Source: Ignisphaera sp. (GTDB lineage Archaea > Thermoproteota > Thermoprotei_A > Sulfolobales > Ignisphaeraceae). From it: DNA of 64,000 bases. Shown one piece after another: positions 1 through 15,001 of the stretch. The position numbers were made by a program, and so were the translations under genes. Below the pieces are notes generated by a model. That model was given only the letters and a program-made list of their open reading frames with translations, did no database searches and was not told the DNA's origin. The stretch lies in assembly GCA_038889075.1 (NCBI GenBank), contig JAWAHS010000003.1:113719-177718 (forward strand), in the 5' to 3' direction. The stretch's first letter is position 1. Each line of letters opens with the position of its first letter.

Positions 1-1
1 T

Positions 2-478
2 GAATATGCAGGGGCTCCTGGTAGCCTTGCAGCACTGTATATTCTTACTGATGCTGTTAAGAAAGGTGGTACAATGGCAACGTCAAGCATAGGCGGTTTA
101 AGTGGAGCATTCATTCCTGTAAGTGAAGATTGGGGTATGTCAAGAGCTGCCGAGGTTGGAGCTATAACTATAGATCGTTTGGAGGCGATGATGATGGTAT
201 GCAACACAGGTATAGATATGGTTGCTATACCGGGTGACGTACCTGTAGAGACTATAGCTGCAATAATCCTAGATGTTATGGCAGCTGCAATAGCTCTTGA
301 CAAAACTCTTGGTGTAAGAATAATTCCCGTTCCAGGAGCAAAAGCAGGGGATAAGGTTGACTTTGGCGGTCTACTAGGTTCAACGGTTGTTATGGATATT
401 CCTAGATTCAATTGTAGAAAGTTTGTAGAACGTAAAGGTCTCATACCTCCGTCGATAAAAAGATTAGATAAAGGCTAA
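2..478 (+). CDS. DUF711/UPF0210 (PFL-like) family protein, 5'-partial
   Basis: Frame open from window start (EYAGAPGSLAAL...DAVKKGG); GGLSGAFIPVSED and CNTGIDMV motifs, GGLLG near C-terminus. Confidence 0.85.
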   Translation, partial: EYAGAPGSLAALYILTDAVKKGGTMATSSIGGLSGAFIPVSEDWGMSRAAEVGAITIDRLEAMMMVCNTGIDMVAIPGDVPVETIAAIILDVMAAAIALDKTLGVRIIPVPGAKAGDKVDFGGLLGSTVVMDIPRFNCRKFVERKGLIPPSIKRLDKG

Positions 479-716
479 GCAGAGCAACAACTCAGACTAG
501 TAATGTTTTTACTTCATAATTAATCCACAGGCAATACCTTAACTATATTACTAATTACTAACAAATTCGTAGATTTGTAATGAACATAGTCTACCATATA
601 AATATGGTCTGCTAACATATTTAAACTCTCAAGGGTTTCTGTTTATTGTTCGTAGGGAGGCGACAGCAATACACCATTATATATAAGTAAGGTTTACGTA
701 TATCTACGGTGAGTAG

Positions 717-1439
717 ATGTTGAAAAAGGAAATTGTAAGGCTTGATAATGTTTCAAAGGTGTATAGCATAGGGGATGTCATAACCTACGGCTTAAGAAGA
801 GTTGATATGGTAATTTATAGAGGGGATTTTATAGCGATCATGGGCCCCTCTGGTTCTGGGAAAACAACACTGTTAAATATTATTGGTCTCCTTGATAGAC
901 CATCATCTGGAAGGGTACTTATAGATAGTATAGATGTATCAACACTTAGCGATAGACAATTAGCATGGATTAGAAATATGAAACTCGGTTTTGTTTTTCA
1001 ACACTTTAATTTAATAAATAGACTTACTGTACTGGAGAATATTGAGATGCCATTAATAGCTAGAGGAATACCAAAAAGTAAAAGAGTTGAAATGGCTAAA
1101 GAAGCCCTTTTGAAAGTAGGTGGTGAGCTGAACTGGCTTCCAAAGAAGCCACTTCAGCTCTCAGGTGGTCAGCAACAGAGAGTTGCAATTGCCAGAGCAA
1201 TAGTAGGTTCACCTGATATTATATTAGCAGACGAACCTACAGGTAACCTAGATAGAGCAAGTGCAAAAATTGTCATAAATACATTTTTGGAGTTGAACAA
1301 ATATGGACATAGTATCATTATAGTTACACACGACCCTGAAGTAGCAAATTGCACACAGAAAATATTCGTAATTAGAGATGGTGTACTGGTAGATCTAAAA
1401 ATACCTGAATCTGATAAATGTATTCTAAGAACTGTTTAA
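717..1439 (+). CDS. ABC transporter ATP-binding protein (LolD/MacB/FtsE-like)
   Basis: Walker A GPSGSGKT, LSGGQQQRVAIARA signature, Walker B ILADEPTGNLD, VTHD; SD GGTGA upstream. Confidence 0.92.
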   Translation: MLKKEIVRLDNVSKVYSIGDVITYGLRRVDMVIYRGDFIAIMGPSGSGKTTLLNIIGLLDRPSSGRVLIDSIDVSTLSDRQLAWIRNMKLGFVFQHFNLINRLTVLENIEMPLIARGIPKSKRVEMAKEALLKVGGELNWLPKKPLQLSGGQQQRVAIARAIVGSPDIILADEPTGNLDRASAKIVINTFLELNKYGHSIIIVTHDPEVANCTQKIFVIRDGVLVDLKIPESDKCILRTV

Positions 1440-1601
1440 ACTCCTTCAAAACAATAGAGATTTACTCAAAATCCTCAGCCCTATCTATCCATTTATAGCT
1501 ATAATCTACTATCAAAAAATTGAAGACCTTGTAATAGATGTGCCAAAAGCTTTTATCAATAAGATTCAAGATCTTCCCACTTTAAATGTCTTTAAAATGT
1601 T

Positions 1602-1689
1602 TGGCGCCGGGGGCGGGATTTGAACCCGCGCGCGGATATCCCGCACCGGCTCTCCAGGCCGGCCCCTTAGACCACTCGGGCACCCCGGC
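1602..1689 (-). tRNA. tRNA-Ser(GGA), CCA encoded
   Basis: Reverse complement GCCGGGGTGCCCGAGTGGTCTAAGGGG-CCGGC CT GGA GA GCCGG-long variable arm-GGTTCAAATCC-CCCCGGCGCCA. Confidence 0.95.
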
Positions 1690-1746
1690 TCTATAGGTGA
1701 TGATAAATGGCTCTAAACTTGAGAAATTTTTATTGGAGTTAAAAAT

Positions 1747-2061
1747 CTATCTTCTCTTAATTTCAATTTCTATATATACATTTTCTGGTACCCTTACCCT
1801 CATTATTTGCCTGATTACATGTTCGTTTGCTTCAATATCGATGATTCTCTTATGTATTCTCATTTCCCATCTATCCCAAACCTTTGATCCTTCACCGTGT
1901 GGAAGTCTTGGAAGCGGTACTAGTAATCTTTTAACAGGTAGTGGTACCGGACCCTTTACCTTTACACCTGCCTTCTTAGCTATATCTACTATTTGTGTAA
2001 CTACATAGTTTAGATTGCCGATATCTGTGCTCCAGAGTCTTATCCTTACTATGGCTGACAT
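1747..2061 (-). CDS. rps10: 30S ribosomal protein S10 (uS10)
   Basis: [20 protein letters not shown] motifs; position after EF-1alpha. Confidence 0.97.
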   Translation of the reverse strand: MSAIVRIRLWSTDIGNLNYVVTQIVDIAKKAGVKVKGPVPLPVKRLLVPLPRLPHGEGSKVWDRWEMRIHKRIIDIEANEHVIRQIMRVRVPENVYIEIEIKRR

Positions 2062-2120
2062 ATCTCACTTCCATCTACTATCTTTTGTAGAGAGTTACTA
2101 TTTTAATTCCTTTTATTCTA

Positions 2121-3473
2121 TTACTTTCCTGCTACCTTTGCTGGTTTTAAATCCATTATAACTCCTATTCCGACAGTTTTACCCATATCTCTCATCGCAA
2201 ATCTTCCAAGCGGTGGAAAGTCGCTATACTTTTCAGCAACCATAGGTTTCAATGGCTTAAATCTAACTATCGCGATATCTCCCTGTTTTAAGAATGGTGG
2301 ATTCTTTTCAGCTATTTGACCTGTTCTGGGATCTAGCCTTGCAACTATTTCAACTATTCTACATGGTATGCTGGCCGTATGTGCATGTATTACAGGTGTA
2401 TAGCCCGGTGCTATAGCTGTTGGATGCCAAACGATCATGACCCTAGCCGTGAATTCGTCCACAACCGTTGGTGGATTTGTTGGATGTCCTGCGACGTCTC
2501 CTCTACGTACCTGCTCCTTTGAAATACCTCTGACGTTGAAACCTATATTATCACCAGGCAACGCCTCCTCTAATCTCTGATGGTGCATTTCAATAGTTCT
2601 AACTTCGCCTGTTACATTAGGTGGCATAAATATTACTGTATCTCCAACCCTTAGCTTTCCTGTTTCAACTCTGCCAACAGGTACCGTACCCACACCAGAG
2701 ATTACAAATACTTCTGATATTGGTATCCTTAACGGTTTATCTATAGGCTTTGGCGGAATTTTAACATTGTTTAAAGCTTCTAGGAGGGTTCTTGCACCGT
2801 TTACCCCATACTTCTTTCTGATTTCTTCGATCTTCTGATTGTTCCACCATGGCATATTCTCGCTGTATTTAACAATGTTGTCTCCAACCCATCCAGACGT
2901 TGGAAAAACGGTTATAGCATCTAGTCTGTATCCTGAAATCCTTAAGAATTTTATCAACGTCTCCAGAACTTCAATAAATCTCTTTTCAGAATATGGAGGC
3001 TCAGTTGTATCCATCTTGGTAACTGCGATTATTAGCTGGTCTATTCCCATAGTTCTAGCCAATAGTATGTGCTCCCTTGTCTGACCCTCTGGACTCATTC
3101 CTGCTTCGAAGTCACCCTTCTTTGCTGAAACTACAAGTAGTGCTACGTCTGCTTGGCTAGCACCTGTTATCATATTCTTTACAAAGTCTCTATGCCCAGG
3201 TGCATCAATTATTGTATAGTAGTAACTATCCGTTTCAAATTTTCTATATGCTAAGGTTATTGTAAGTCCTCTCTCCCGCTCTTCCTTCAATCTATCCATT
3301 AGCCATGCATACTTTTCACTCTCCTTACCAGCCTTTATCGCTGCTTCTACAGTTTCTTTCCATGTCTTCTCATCAATAGCTCCAATTTCTACTAGTAGCC
3401 TACCTACTAGGGTACTTTTGCCGTGATCCACGTGGCCTATTATGACGAGGTTCAAATGTGGTTTCGCACTCAT
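2121..3473 (-). CDS. tuf: Translation elongation factor EF-1 alpha
   Basis: [33 protein letters not shown]. Confidence 0.98.
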   Translation of the reverse strand: MSAKPHLNLVIIGHVDHGKSTLVGRLLVEIGAIDEKTWKETVEAAIKAGKESEKYAWLMDRLKEERERGLTITLAYRKFETDSYYYTIIDAPGHRDFVKNMITGASQADVALLVVSAKKGDFEAGMSPEGQTREHILLARTMGIDQLIIAVTKMDTTEPPYSEKRFIEVLETLIKFLRISGYRLDAITVFPTSGWVGDNIVKYSENMPWWNNQKIEEIRKKYGVNGARTLLEALNNVKIPPKPIDKPLRIPISEVFVISGVGTVPVGRVETGKLRVGDTVIFMPPNVTGEVRTIEMHHQRLEEALPGDNIGFNVRGISKEQVRRGDVAGHPTNPPTVVDEFTARVMIVWHPTAIAPGYTPVIHAHTASIPCRIVEIVARLDPRTGQIAEKNPPFLKQGDIAIVRFKPLKPMVAEKYSDFPPLGRFAMRDMGKTVGIGVIMDLKPAKVAGK

Positions 3474-3605
3474 AATGATTCCCTATGCAACTGCTAGACA
3501 CATCTAACAAATTATTAGTCTAGACTTATAAGTGTATTGTCGCTTCCATAGCAATTCTTTAAAATATAGAAATGTATTGTGCTGAACGGAGGTGTGAAGG
3601 GTACA

Positions 3606-4220
3606 CTATCTTGAACTTAGAGCTATACGCTCTATTTCCTCTTTTCTTTGAATAGCATAGCTTCTGCTATCGTAATTAGCAGCAGCTATTATCTCATCAG
3701 CTAAACATTCCTCAATAGGTTTTACTGATCTGAATGAACATAGGTACGACCCTTCAGAGATGTGCCTTATCGCAAGATCTACCCTTCTCATTGGCGAAAT
3801 GTCTACGGCTACATGGTATACTATACCGCCGTACATAATCCTAGTCGTTTCCTCTCTAGGAGCAGCATTCTCTATCGCTCTTATAAATATCTGTAGAGGA
3901 TTCTCCTTCGTCTTAATGTATATCAAGTCGAATGCTGTCTTAACAATATTATATGCTAAGTGTTTCTTTCCCAGATTCTTTGCCTTTCTCATCATTCTAT
4001 TAATTAATCTCTCAACAATAGGTGCCTCCGCCTTTCCAAATCTTCTATGTGCATGTCTACCTGCTGTATGTGGTATAACAACAGGTTTTAGTGATATGTA
4101 CTTCTTTAGACTTGGATCGAGAACGACGACATCCCTATAACTCCATTTACCAAAGAGTTTCAGCTCGTTTAAGCTAACCATAATTTCAGGTAAAGCAGTA
4201 GCTTCTTGAACCGAGTCCAT
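3606..4220 (-). CDS. rps7: 30S ribosomal protein S7 (uS7)
   Basis: [37 protein letters not shown]. Confidence 0.97.
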   Translation of the reverse strand: MDSVQEATALPEIMVSLNELKLFGKWSYRDVVVLDPSLKKYISLKPVVIPHTAGRHAHRRFGKAEAPIVERLINRMMRKAKNLGKKHLAYNIVKTAFDLIYIKTKENPLQIFIRAIENAAPREETTRIMYGGIVYHVAVDISPMRRVDLAIRHISEGSYLCSFRSVKPIEECLADEIIAAANYDSRSYAIQRKEEIERIALSSR

Positions 4221-4225
4221 ATTAT

Positions 4226-4669
4226 CTACCTCAAAGGTTTCTGCTTCTTACCCTTAAGAAGTTCTGTTAGTGCTACACCATTTACAGCTACTACCTTAAA
4301 TTTAACACCTGGTATGTCACCCATAGACTTGCCCCTACTCCCTCCTATACCGACTACGAGAACTTCGTCATGCTCGTCTATGAAATTTAGACCACCGTCA
4401 TACGGTACAAACGCAGTTATAACCTTACCATTTTTAACTAGCTGCACCCTTACACATTTCCTCACTCCAGCATTTGGTTGTCTTGCTTCAACACCTACCT
4501 TCTCTAAAACTATTCCTCTAGCCATTGGAGCTCCTTCTAAAGGGTTGAACTTCTCCTTTAATTTAAGCTGTCTTATTCTGTAGTCTCTCTGACTCCATCT
4601 AAATTTCAATCTCTTAATCATAAGTTTACGTGCTGCAAATAGTCCTGACGGTGCTTTCTTACCAGGCAT
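4226..4669 (-). CDS. rps12: 30S ribosomal protein S12 (uS12)
   Basis: [29 protein letters not shown]. Confidence 0.97.
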   Translation of the reverse strand: MPGKKAPSGLFAARKLMIKRLKFRWSQRDYRIRQLKLKEKFNPLEGAPMARGIVLEKVGVEARQPNAGVRKCVRVQLVKNGKVITAFVPYDGGLNFIDEHDEVLVVGIGGSRGKSMGDIPGVKFKVVAVNGVALTELLKGKKQKPLR

Positions 4670-4751
4670 TACCGCGACCCCAATAACTCTACCTTTTCCT
4701 ATTTAGCACCACTAGATACTACCCACATTTTAAGCTTTTATACCATTAAGA

Positions 4752-5213
4752 TTACACTATAACAATATTATCTATGAGATAGTATCTTTTTAGAAGCAAC
4801 CTGGCCTTCGATACGTTACGTCCATTCTTTCCTATAGCAATACCCTTATCCTTTGAATCCACGTAAACATAAACTGTTTTCCTTGAATTACCTTCAATAA
4901 GCTGTACCCTATATACTCTTGCCGGCATAAAGATGCTTTTTGTGAAGCTTTCAAGATTATCAGCCCATCCTACAATTTCGATTTCTCTGCCTATTAACTT
5001 GCTTAAATATTTGGTATTGATCCCTCTTCTACCTATTGCCTGCCCTATCTTATCGCTATCAACTATAAATACTACTGTACCAAGTTCATCCATTATTACA
5101 CAGTCCCTAGGCGTAACCCCTGTAATATCTTGAAATAGTGTTATGTACCTCATCTCCTCCATGGTGAGCTTTACATTTAGCTGAGGTTTTATTTCAGTAG
5201 CCCTTGAAGCCAT
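4752..5213 (-). CDS. nusA: NusA-like KH-domain transcription factor
   Basis: Two KH motifs (GQAIGRRG, GIAIGKNGRN); conserved position between L30e and S12. Confidence 0.93.
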   Translation of the reverse strand: MASRATEIKPQLNVKLTMEEMRYITLFQDITGVTPRDCVIMDELGTVVFIVDSDKIGQAIGRRGINTKYLSKLIGREIEIVGWADNLESFTKSIFMPARVYRVQLIEGNSRKTVYVYVDSKDKGIAIGKNGRNVSKARLLLKRYYLIDNIVIV

Positions 5214-5227
5214 TTGAATGCACCTTG

Positions 5228-5545
5228 CTAGGTTTTAGCATACTTAATTAGCATCTCGGCCGATACTTGACCCGGATCTATAATTCCTATTAAAGCCACT
5301 GAAAATGGCTTGCCAATTAATGTTCCTAAATCTTTATTGCTTCCTGGAAACTCTATGATAGGTATATTAGATAGCTTTGCATAGTATACTACATCCTTTT
5401 TAACATTTTCTGGAGCATTTGATGCAATTACTATGAATTTTAGTTGCCCTAGCTTAACCTTCTTCATAGTCTCATTCAATCCTATTGTAATAGCTCCTGA
5501 TCTTGCCACATATCTCAATAGAGCATCTAGTGACTGAATTGATAT
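5228..5545 (-). CDS. rpl30e: 50S ribosomal protein L30e; start extended to a probable ATA codon at 5545
   Basis: IGLNETMK, IIASNAP-like motif, FPGSNKDLGTLIGKPF, DPGQ; SD GAGGGTGA 6 nt before the in-frame ATA. Confidence 0.92.
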   Translation of the reverse strand: MSIQSLDALLRYVARSGAITIGLNETMKKVKLGQLKFIVIASNAPENVKKDVVYYAKLSNIPIIEFPGSNKDLGTLIGKPFSVALIGIIDPGQVSAEMLIKYAKT

Positions 5546-5565
5546 ATTACATCACCCTCCATATT

Positions 5566-9410
<3,845 letters not shown>

Positions 9411-12400
9411 CTACTCAATAAAATATTTATATCTATCTGATAAAATTAATCTTGGTTTTATGCCCATACTCATTAGCTCTTGAATTAGTAGTTTAAATGC
9501 ATAAGGTACGGAAATAGAATGTAGTGTAGCTTTATCACCATGAATCGGGCACTCATATACTTCCTTCTTCTTATTGTACCAACCGATTAATCCGCATAGT
9601 TCACATACATGTATTATAGCCTTGTCTGAGCTTTCAAGCATCCGTTCTTTGAGTAAAGCTGAAGCACCATGTCCTATTATGGCATCCCTTTCCATTTCAC
9701 CGAATCTCAGTCCCCCTTCCCTAGCCCTACCTTCTGTAGGCTGTCTAGTGAGTAGCTGTACCGGTCCCTTCGATCTCGCATGAATCTTGTCCGCAACCAT
9801 ATGGTGCAACTTCTGGTAGTACACTATTCCTATAAATATTGGCTGACCTACCAACTCTCCTGTTCTACCGTCATACATAGGTTCCGTGCCATCCATAGGA
9901 TATCCGAATACTAGGAGCTGTTTTTTCAGCTCATTTACATCTTCCTCAAAGAATGGTGTTCCATCAACAGGTTTACCACGTAGTGCAGAGATTTTTCCTG
10001 CTATACTTTCCATAAGTTGTCCTAGCGTCATTCTAGATGGTAGTGCATGGGGATTTATTATTATATCAGGTGTTATACCATCCACGGTGTATGGCATATC
10101 ATACTGAGGTATCAAAGCCCCTATAACACCTTTCTGTCCATGTCTAGAAGCAAATTTATCTCCTATTTCTGGTATCCTTAGATCTCTGACCCTAACCTTT
10201 ATAAGTTTATGCCCCTCAGCAGTAGTTGTTACAAATATTGAATCTACCCAGCCAATTTCGCCGTGTCTAACCGTTATGGACGAATCCTTCCTCCTCTGTG
10301 CAAGAATACCGTAGCCCTTGTACTCCTCAATAAATCTAGGAGGACTCGTCTTACCTATTAGTACCTCACCGCCTTTGACAATAATCTCAGCCTTTATAAT
10401 ACCATCCTCATCTAGTTTCATGTACGCCTCCCTTCCTCTATAACCAAGTACCTTGGGGTCGGGTATTTCTATTCTATCCTCTTGACCTCCTGCATACTTT
10501 AACTCTTCTGTTGAGTAGAGTCTAAAGAAGTTGGATCTGGCCAAACCTCTGTCAACCGACGATCTATTCATTATTAATGCATCTTCCATGTTGTATCCTG
10601 AATAACTCATAACGGCTACAACCATGTTTTGACCAGACGGTCTGTCATTGTATCCTATCACTGATAGTGATCTTGTTTGTACTAAGGGTATCTGGGGATA
10701 ATGGAGTAGGTGAGCCCTTGTGTCAACTCTTAGCAACAGGTTAGCCATATAGAATCCTAGTGCTTGCTTAGCCATAGCTGATTGATAGGCATTCCTTGGT
10801 GATTGGTTGTGCTCAGCATACGGTATCGTCGAAGCTGCTACCCCCATTATCGTTGGAGGCCATATCTCAACATGTGTTGTTTCAATAGTTGCCTCCTCAG
10901 GGTGTACAGCTATCAGTGCATTTTCCTCCTCTTCTGCATCTAGAAGCTCTACGACACCTAGCCTAAGTAGATCTTCAAAAGATAGTCTACCTTCTCTAAG
11001 CTTAGAGATGAGTTCCCTAGAAATCATTAGCATTCCTTTTTCACACACTAGTAGTGGACGGAGGATCCTACCTTGATCACAATTGATGTTAACTTCGTTA
11101 ATGTACTGCGTCTTGTAGTGTGCCACACTAACTTCGTAATGCAGTTTACCATTCCTTCTCATGTTCCTTAACTCGTATACTAATTTCTCCGTATCTGGAT
11201 GGTATCCTATTAATGTTCCATTTAGGTATACCTTCCCCCAATTCTTTATAGATTCATAGCTCAGTTCACCCTCTCTAAGCTTATTAAATATCTCCAGTAT
11301 TCCAATTACTCCCATGTTATAGAGTAGAGTCTCTATAGTTTTTTCATCTATGCCAACAGAAATTGTAGACATTAGGGCGAGATTCTTTACAAGGCCACAG
11401 TTAGGTCCCTCAGGTGTTTCAAACGGACAGAGCCTACCAAATTGAGTTCCATGTAGATCTCTTGCTTCAAAGTGAGGCTGGCTTCTACTTAGTGGCGATA
11501 TCACACGTCTCATGTGGCTTATTGAGGAGAGCCAGTTTGTGCGATCTAGTATCTGTGAAACCCCTGTTCTTCCACCTATCCAGGTTCCTGTAGCCATTGC
11601 ATGTTTTATTCTTTCTGTTATTATATCACTTCTAACATATAGAGCTATATTGAATCTTCTTTCTCTTAATTTTACACGTTCTAACTGGTATCTCAGATCT
11701 CTTATAAAGGTTTTAAATGTAACTCTAAATAGTAGTGCTAGCATATCTCCTGCTAACTTAATTCTCTTATTAGCATAGTGATCCTTGTCATCCACCGGTC
11801 TGCGTCCAAGCATAAACTCTATGAGTTTGCATGCCATCTGCCCTAGGAATAATGCCTTCTTAATTCTATCCTCAGGTTTCATACCTACATGTGGAAGAAG
11901 ATATCTGTCCAATACGAACTTAGCTCTTTCAATTCTACTTTCTCTTGCTTGTCCTATAGCTATTCTTGAACCTATGTAATCAAGCGCATCATCTATGGCG
12001 GCAATCTCACTGGACTGTATAAACGATGCGAAGAGCTCTCTCTGAATCTCGGGATCCGGAGATACTGCTAATGCTATATCGATATCCCTTTCAAGGCCAA
12101 GAGCCCGCATGAGAATTACAAATGGTATTTTACCGGGCACTGCTGGAAATGAAACATGTAATGTTCCATCCTTGTGTCTATCTAACATTATCGGAACTCT
12201 ATACCCTATTGTTGATGAGACTACCTTTGCTGTATGGGTAACGTTCAATCCCTCTTGACCATAGTCAACAATAACTCTATTTGGTGCTAGATCCTCCTGT
12301 GCTACTATTATTCTCTCAGTTCCATCTATTATAAAATACCCTCCAGGGTCTTTTGGATCTTCCCCTATTCTTATCAGCTCTTCTTCACTCATATTTGAAA

Positions 12401-12863
12401 GCGGATCCTTACTCGATTTAACCATAAGCGGTACTTCTCCAACGTATACCTCAATAGGTGTTCCTGGAATATCATTTTCGTAGGGTAGGAGTGTTATGTA
12501 TATTGGTATAGAATACGTTAAATCCCTATGTCTACACTCCATAGGTGTTACATACCTATTTACACTACCATCTACCTCCCTTATCTGGGGTTCCCCAATT
12601 CTATAACCTTTTATAACAACCTTAAAGCCTGGTATGGATGTCTCTATAACTGGCTCCTCTAATATTATATCGCCTAGCGTCTTTGAAATAAAATTGTTAT
12701 AGGACTCGATATGATGCTTTGTTATCCCCTTCTCCCTAATAAATAGCTCAATTATAGCCCATCTATCATCTGGAGAAAGAATTTTGGACTCAAAATGTGC
12801 TAGAGGTATGGGTCCTAATGATGAGTGTACACGTCTCTTATCTGATATTGAAATGCTACTCAT
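9411..12863 (-). CDS. rpoB: DNA-directed RNA polymerase subunit B (single-chain)
   Basis: GDKFASRHGQKG, GGLRFGEMERD, CPFETPEG; ATG at 12863 has SD GGGTGA. Confidence 0.98.
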   Translation of the reverse strand: MSSISISDKRRVHSSLGPIPLAHFESKILSPDDRWAIIELFIREKGITKHHIESYNNFISKTLGDIILEEPVIETSIPGFKVVIKGYRIGEPQIREVDGSVNRYVTPMECRHRDLTYSIPIYITLLPYENDIPGTPIEVYVGEVPLMVKSSKDPLSNMSEEELIRIGEDPKDPGGYFIIDGTERIIVAQEDLAPNRVIVDYGQEGLNVTHTAKVVSSTIGYRVPIMLDRHKDGTLHVSFPAVPGKIPFVILMRALGLERDIDIALAVSPDPEIQRELFASFIQSSEIAAIDDALDYIGSRIAIGQARESRIERAKFVLDRYLLPHVGMKPEDRIKKALFLGQMACKLIEFMLGRRPVDDKDHYANKRIKLAGDMLALLFRVTFKTFIRDLRYQLERVKLRERRFNIALYVRSDIITERIKHAMATGTWIGGRTGVSQILDRTNWLSSISHMRRVISPLSRSQPHFEARDLHGTQFGRLCPFETPEGPNCGLVKNLALMSTISVGIDEKTIETLLYNMGVIGILEIFNKLREGELSYESIKNWGKVYLNGTLIGYHPDTEKLVYELRNMRRNGKLHYEVSVAHYKTQYINEVNINCDQGRILRPLLVCEKGMLMISRELISKLREGRLSFEDLLRLGVVELLDAEEEENALIAVHPEEATIETTHVEIWPPTIMGVAASTIPYAEHNQSPRNAYQSAMAKQALGFYMANLLLRVDTRAHLLHYPQIPLVQTRSLSVIGYNDRPSGQNMVVAVMSYSGYNMEDALIMNRSSVDRGLARSNFFRLYSTEELKYAGGQEDRIEIPDPKVLGYRGREAYMKLDEDGIIKAEIIVKGGEVLIGKTSPPRFIEEYKGYGILAQRRKDSSITVRHGEIGWVDSIFVTTTAEGHKLIKVRVRDLRIPEIGDKFASRHGQKGVIGALIPQYDMPYTVDGITPDIIINPHALPSRMTLGQLMESIAGKISALRGKPVDGTPFFEEDVNELKKQLLVFGYPMDGTEPMYDGRTGELVGQPIFIGIVYYQKLHHMVADKIHARSKGPVQLLTRQPTEGRAREGGLRFGEMERDAIIGHGASALLKERMLESSDKAIIHVCELCGLIGWYNKKKEVYECPIHGDKATLHSISVPYAFKLLIQELMSMGIKPRLILSDRYKYFIE

Positions 12864-12868
12864 AGGAT

Positions 12869-13132
12869 TCACCCTGGTACAACATATCTATACACTATAA
12901 CCTCTCCCCCAGTTGGACTCTTTCTAATTATCTTCACTATATCACCTGGTTTAGCACCAATAGCTCTAGCTACTGGGTCACTAGCTCTTAGCCACGGAAG
13001 TTGTTCTGGTTTAATTCCATACTGCTTAAGAATTTTTATGCCCTCATCAATATCCACAATAACATGTTTAGGTACAAGTTCGTGCTCCAGTATCTTCGCA
13101 TCTATAGAGGAATCCCTCTTTTTCAATGCCAT
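12869..13132 (-). CDS. rpoH: DNA-directed RNA polymerase subunit H
   Basis: [32 protein letters not shown]; ATG at 13132 preceded by GGTGT. Confidence 0.96.
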   Translation of the reverse strand: MALKKRDSSIDAKILEHELVPKHVIVDIDEGIKILKQYGIKPEQLPWLRASDPVARAIGAKPGDIVKIIRKSPTGGEVIVYRYVVPG

Positions 13133-13280
13133 TAAATACACCAAGCACTCCTTTAGACTATTAACAACTTTCTAAGCAAAACCTAATGAGGAAAAGCACT
13201 TATAAGCTCATTTTCTCAACATTGGCAGATATAACTTCATAAAACCTTTTAAATATACGACAAAAATCAAAAGCAGGAGC

Positions 13281-13375
<95 letters not shown>

Positions 13376-13413
13376 CAAGATTAAAAACTTCCTATATACA
13401 CTGTAAACATCTG

Positions 13414-13490
13414 GCCGCCGTAGCTCAGCCCGGTGGAGCGCCGGCCTCGTAAGCCGGTGGTCGCGGGTTCGAATCCCGCCGGCGGCTCCA
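13414..13490 (+). tRNA. tRNA-Thr(CGT)
   Basis: GCCGCCG acceptor stem, CCGGC CT CGT AA GCCGG, GGTTCGAATCC, ends TCCA. Confidence 0.95.
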
Positions 13491-14578
13491 AACAATACAA
13501 TATACTCAACTCCTTCTAAGTAGCCTCCGAGGACATATTGCATACTACAGATACCAACTCCGCAATTGCAGAAGACATATATTAGAGTCTATGATTCAAC
13601 CATATCTAGGAATGCAAAAGGCGAATGCAATACCGATGCCTGGGCTATGAATACCACGAAGAAGAACAGAGCCAGTATCTCACAAGACCTAGCTTTATAC
13701 CTAGCTCTTCAACCTCGTACTCTAAAACTTTTACCTATGCTACCACCTATAGCTGAAGACGCAGTATCGGCAAAACATGTATCCGTGGGCCGCATCCTTT
13801 CTACACCTAGGACATGCAGACATAGGCTGTCCGTTAACGGTATTTCAATCCTGCGAGAACGAGAGTGGCATATAATATGCAACTCTATTGCAAACTTTGA
13901 ACAAGCTTTTAGTCCCTTGCCATAAATCTTCGTGTGTTGTTAGAAAATCTGTCAGGCATCCTACATCCATATACCTTTCTATAGATCAATGCACATGTTT
14001 TGCTGACTTTAAGGCAGGTTTTGGAAGGTAAAAATGAGATTGAGAAGTACTTCAAGGTTTTGCTTAAGGGGATAGAGGTCTATGAAAAGCTTTTAGAGGA
14101 TAAAGTCTAGAGGTATACAAAGAGTATGGGAGCGTAGAAAGCTGTTTTGCAGAATAAGATTTATTAAGGTTTTGTAGCGCATTTTATAGTGCTATAGGAT
14201 TTTTAGAGAGGTACTATACGTCTACACATTACCAATAGAACTCTTGGGAGATGGATTAGTAGGGGAAGAGTTAGAGCTGTGAATGTTTACGGTAGATGGA
14301 GGGTACATGAAAGCAAGGTTAAACGACTTCTCGTTAACCCATGGAGGGGTTTAAGAAAATCAGGCATCAGTATGTAAATAATGTAAATACAGGGAAACCC
14401 AAAGGGTGTGGAAAGGATTCGTGTAATGTAGTTCTCGACAAAATATATCATGTGATGGTGTTGTGCTGTATTGCTTAGCTATTTATCTATTCAATACAAT
14501 CTCTGGCTTAGCTATGAGTGGAGATGGCTAACCATACTAAATTAAAATAAAAATAGGTTGATAAATTGGTTTACGAAA

Positions 14579-14923
14579 TTATTTTTTAATTAACGCTACA
14601 ACGGCTCCGATTATAAAGCCTATGGATATAGGGCCTATGGTGAGTAGTCCTAGAACTATAGCAAAATTTTTTGCAATTCCAATAATATCGCTAAGAGTCT
14701 TGAATACCTCCGTTGTAGAGGTTCCCAGGCTCCATATAGATAGAAATGTACCTAAGACTAGTATGGCTATGAATGCTAAGATGTATTTTATGGCTTTCAC
14801 AGATATGTAGCCTAGTGCTAGACCTAGAAGGAACTGTATCAGTATTACTATAGCTGTTTGTGGATCTGAAAGAGCACTAGTCAATATCTCATTTATGCCA
14901 AGAGGGGTTGTAGTTATGCTCAT
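14579..14923 (-). CDS. Small membrane protein, FUN14-like
   Basis: FLLGLALGYISVKAIKYILAFIAILVLG pattern and C-terminal GFIIG; about 3 hydrophobic segments. Confidence 0.6.
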   Translation of the reverse strand: MSITTTPLGINEILTSALSDPQTAIVILIQFLLGLALGYISVKAIKYILAFIAILVLGTFLSIWSLGTSTTEVFKTLSDIIGIAKNFAIVLGLLTIGPISIGFIIGAVVALIKK

Positions 14924-15001
14924 AACTCAGCCCAAGATGGATATACCATGTAGAGTATATATACTTTTAACCTCTAGATATCTATCCTAGGATGTGCAAA
15001 C

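Noticed and set aside
2121-4669. EF-2 absent from the S12-S7-EF1a cluster
   Set aside because: Normal crenarchaeal arrangement; EF-2 is at 61353-63569.
13566-13925. 119-aa plus-strand ORF after tRNA-Thr
   Set aside because: Atypical composition, no SD or motif; probably a shadow over decayed sequence.
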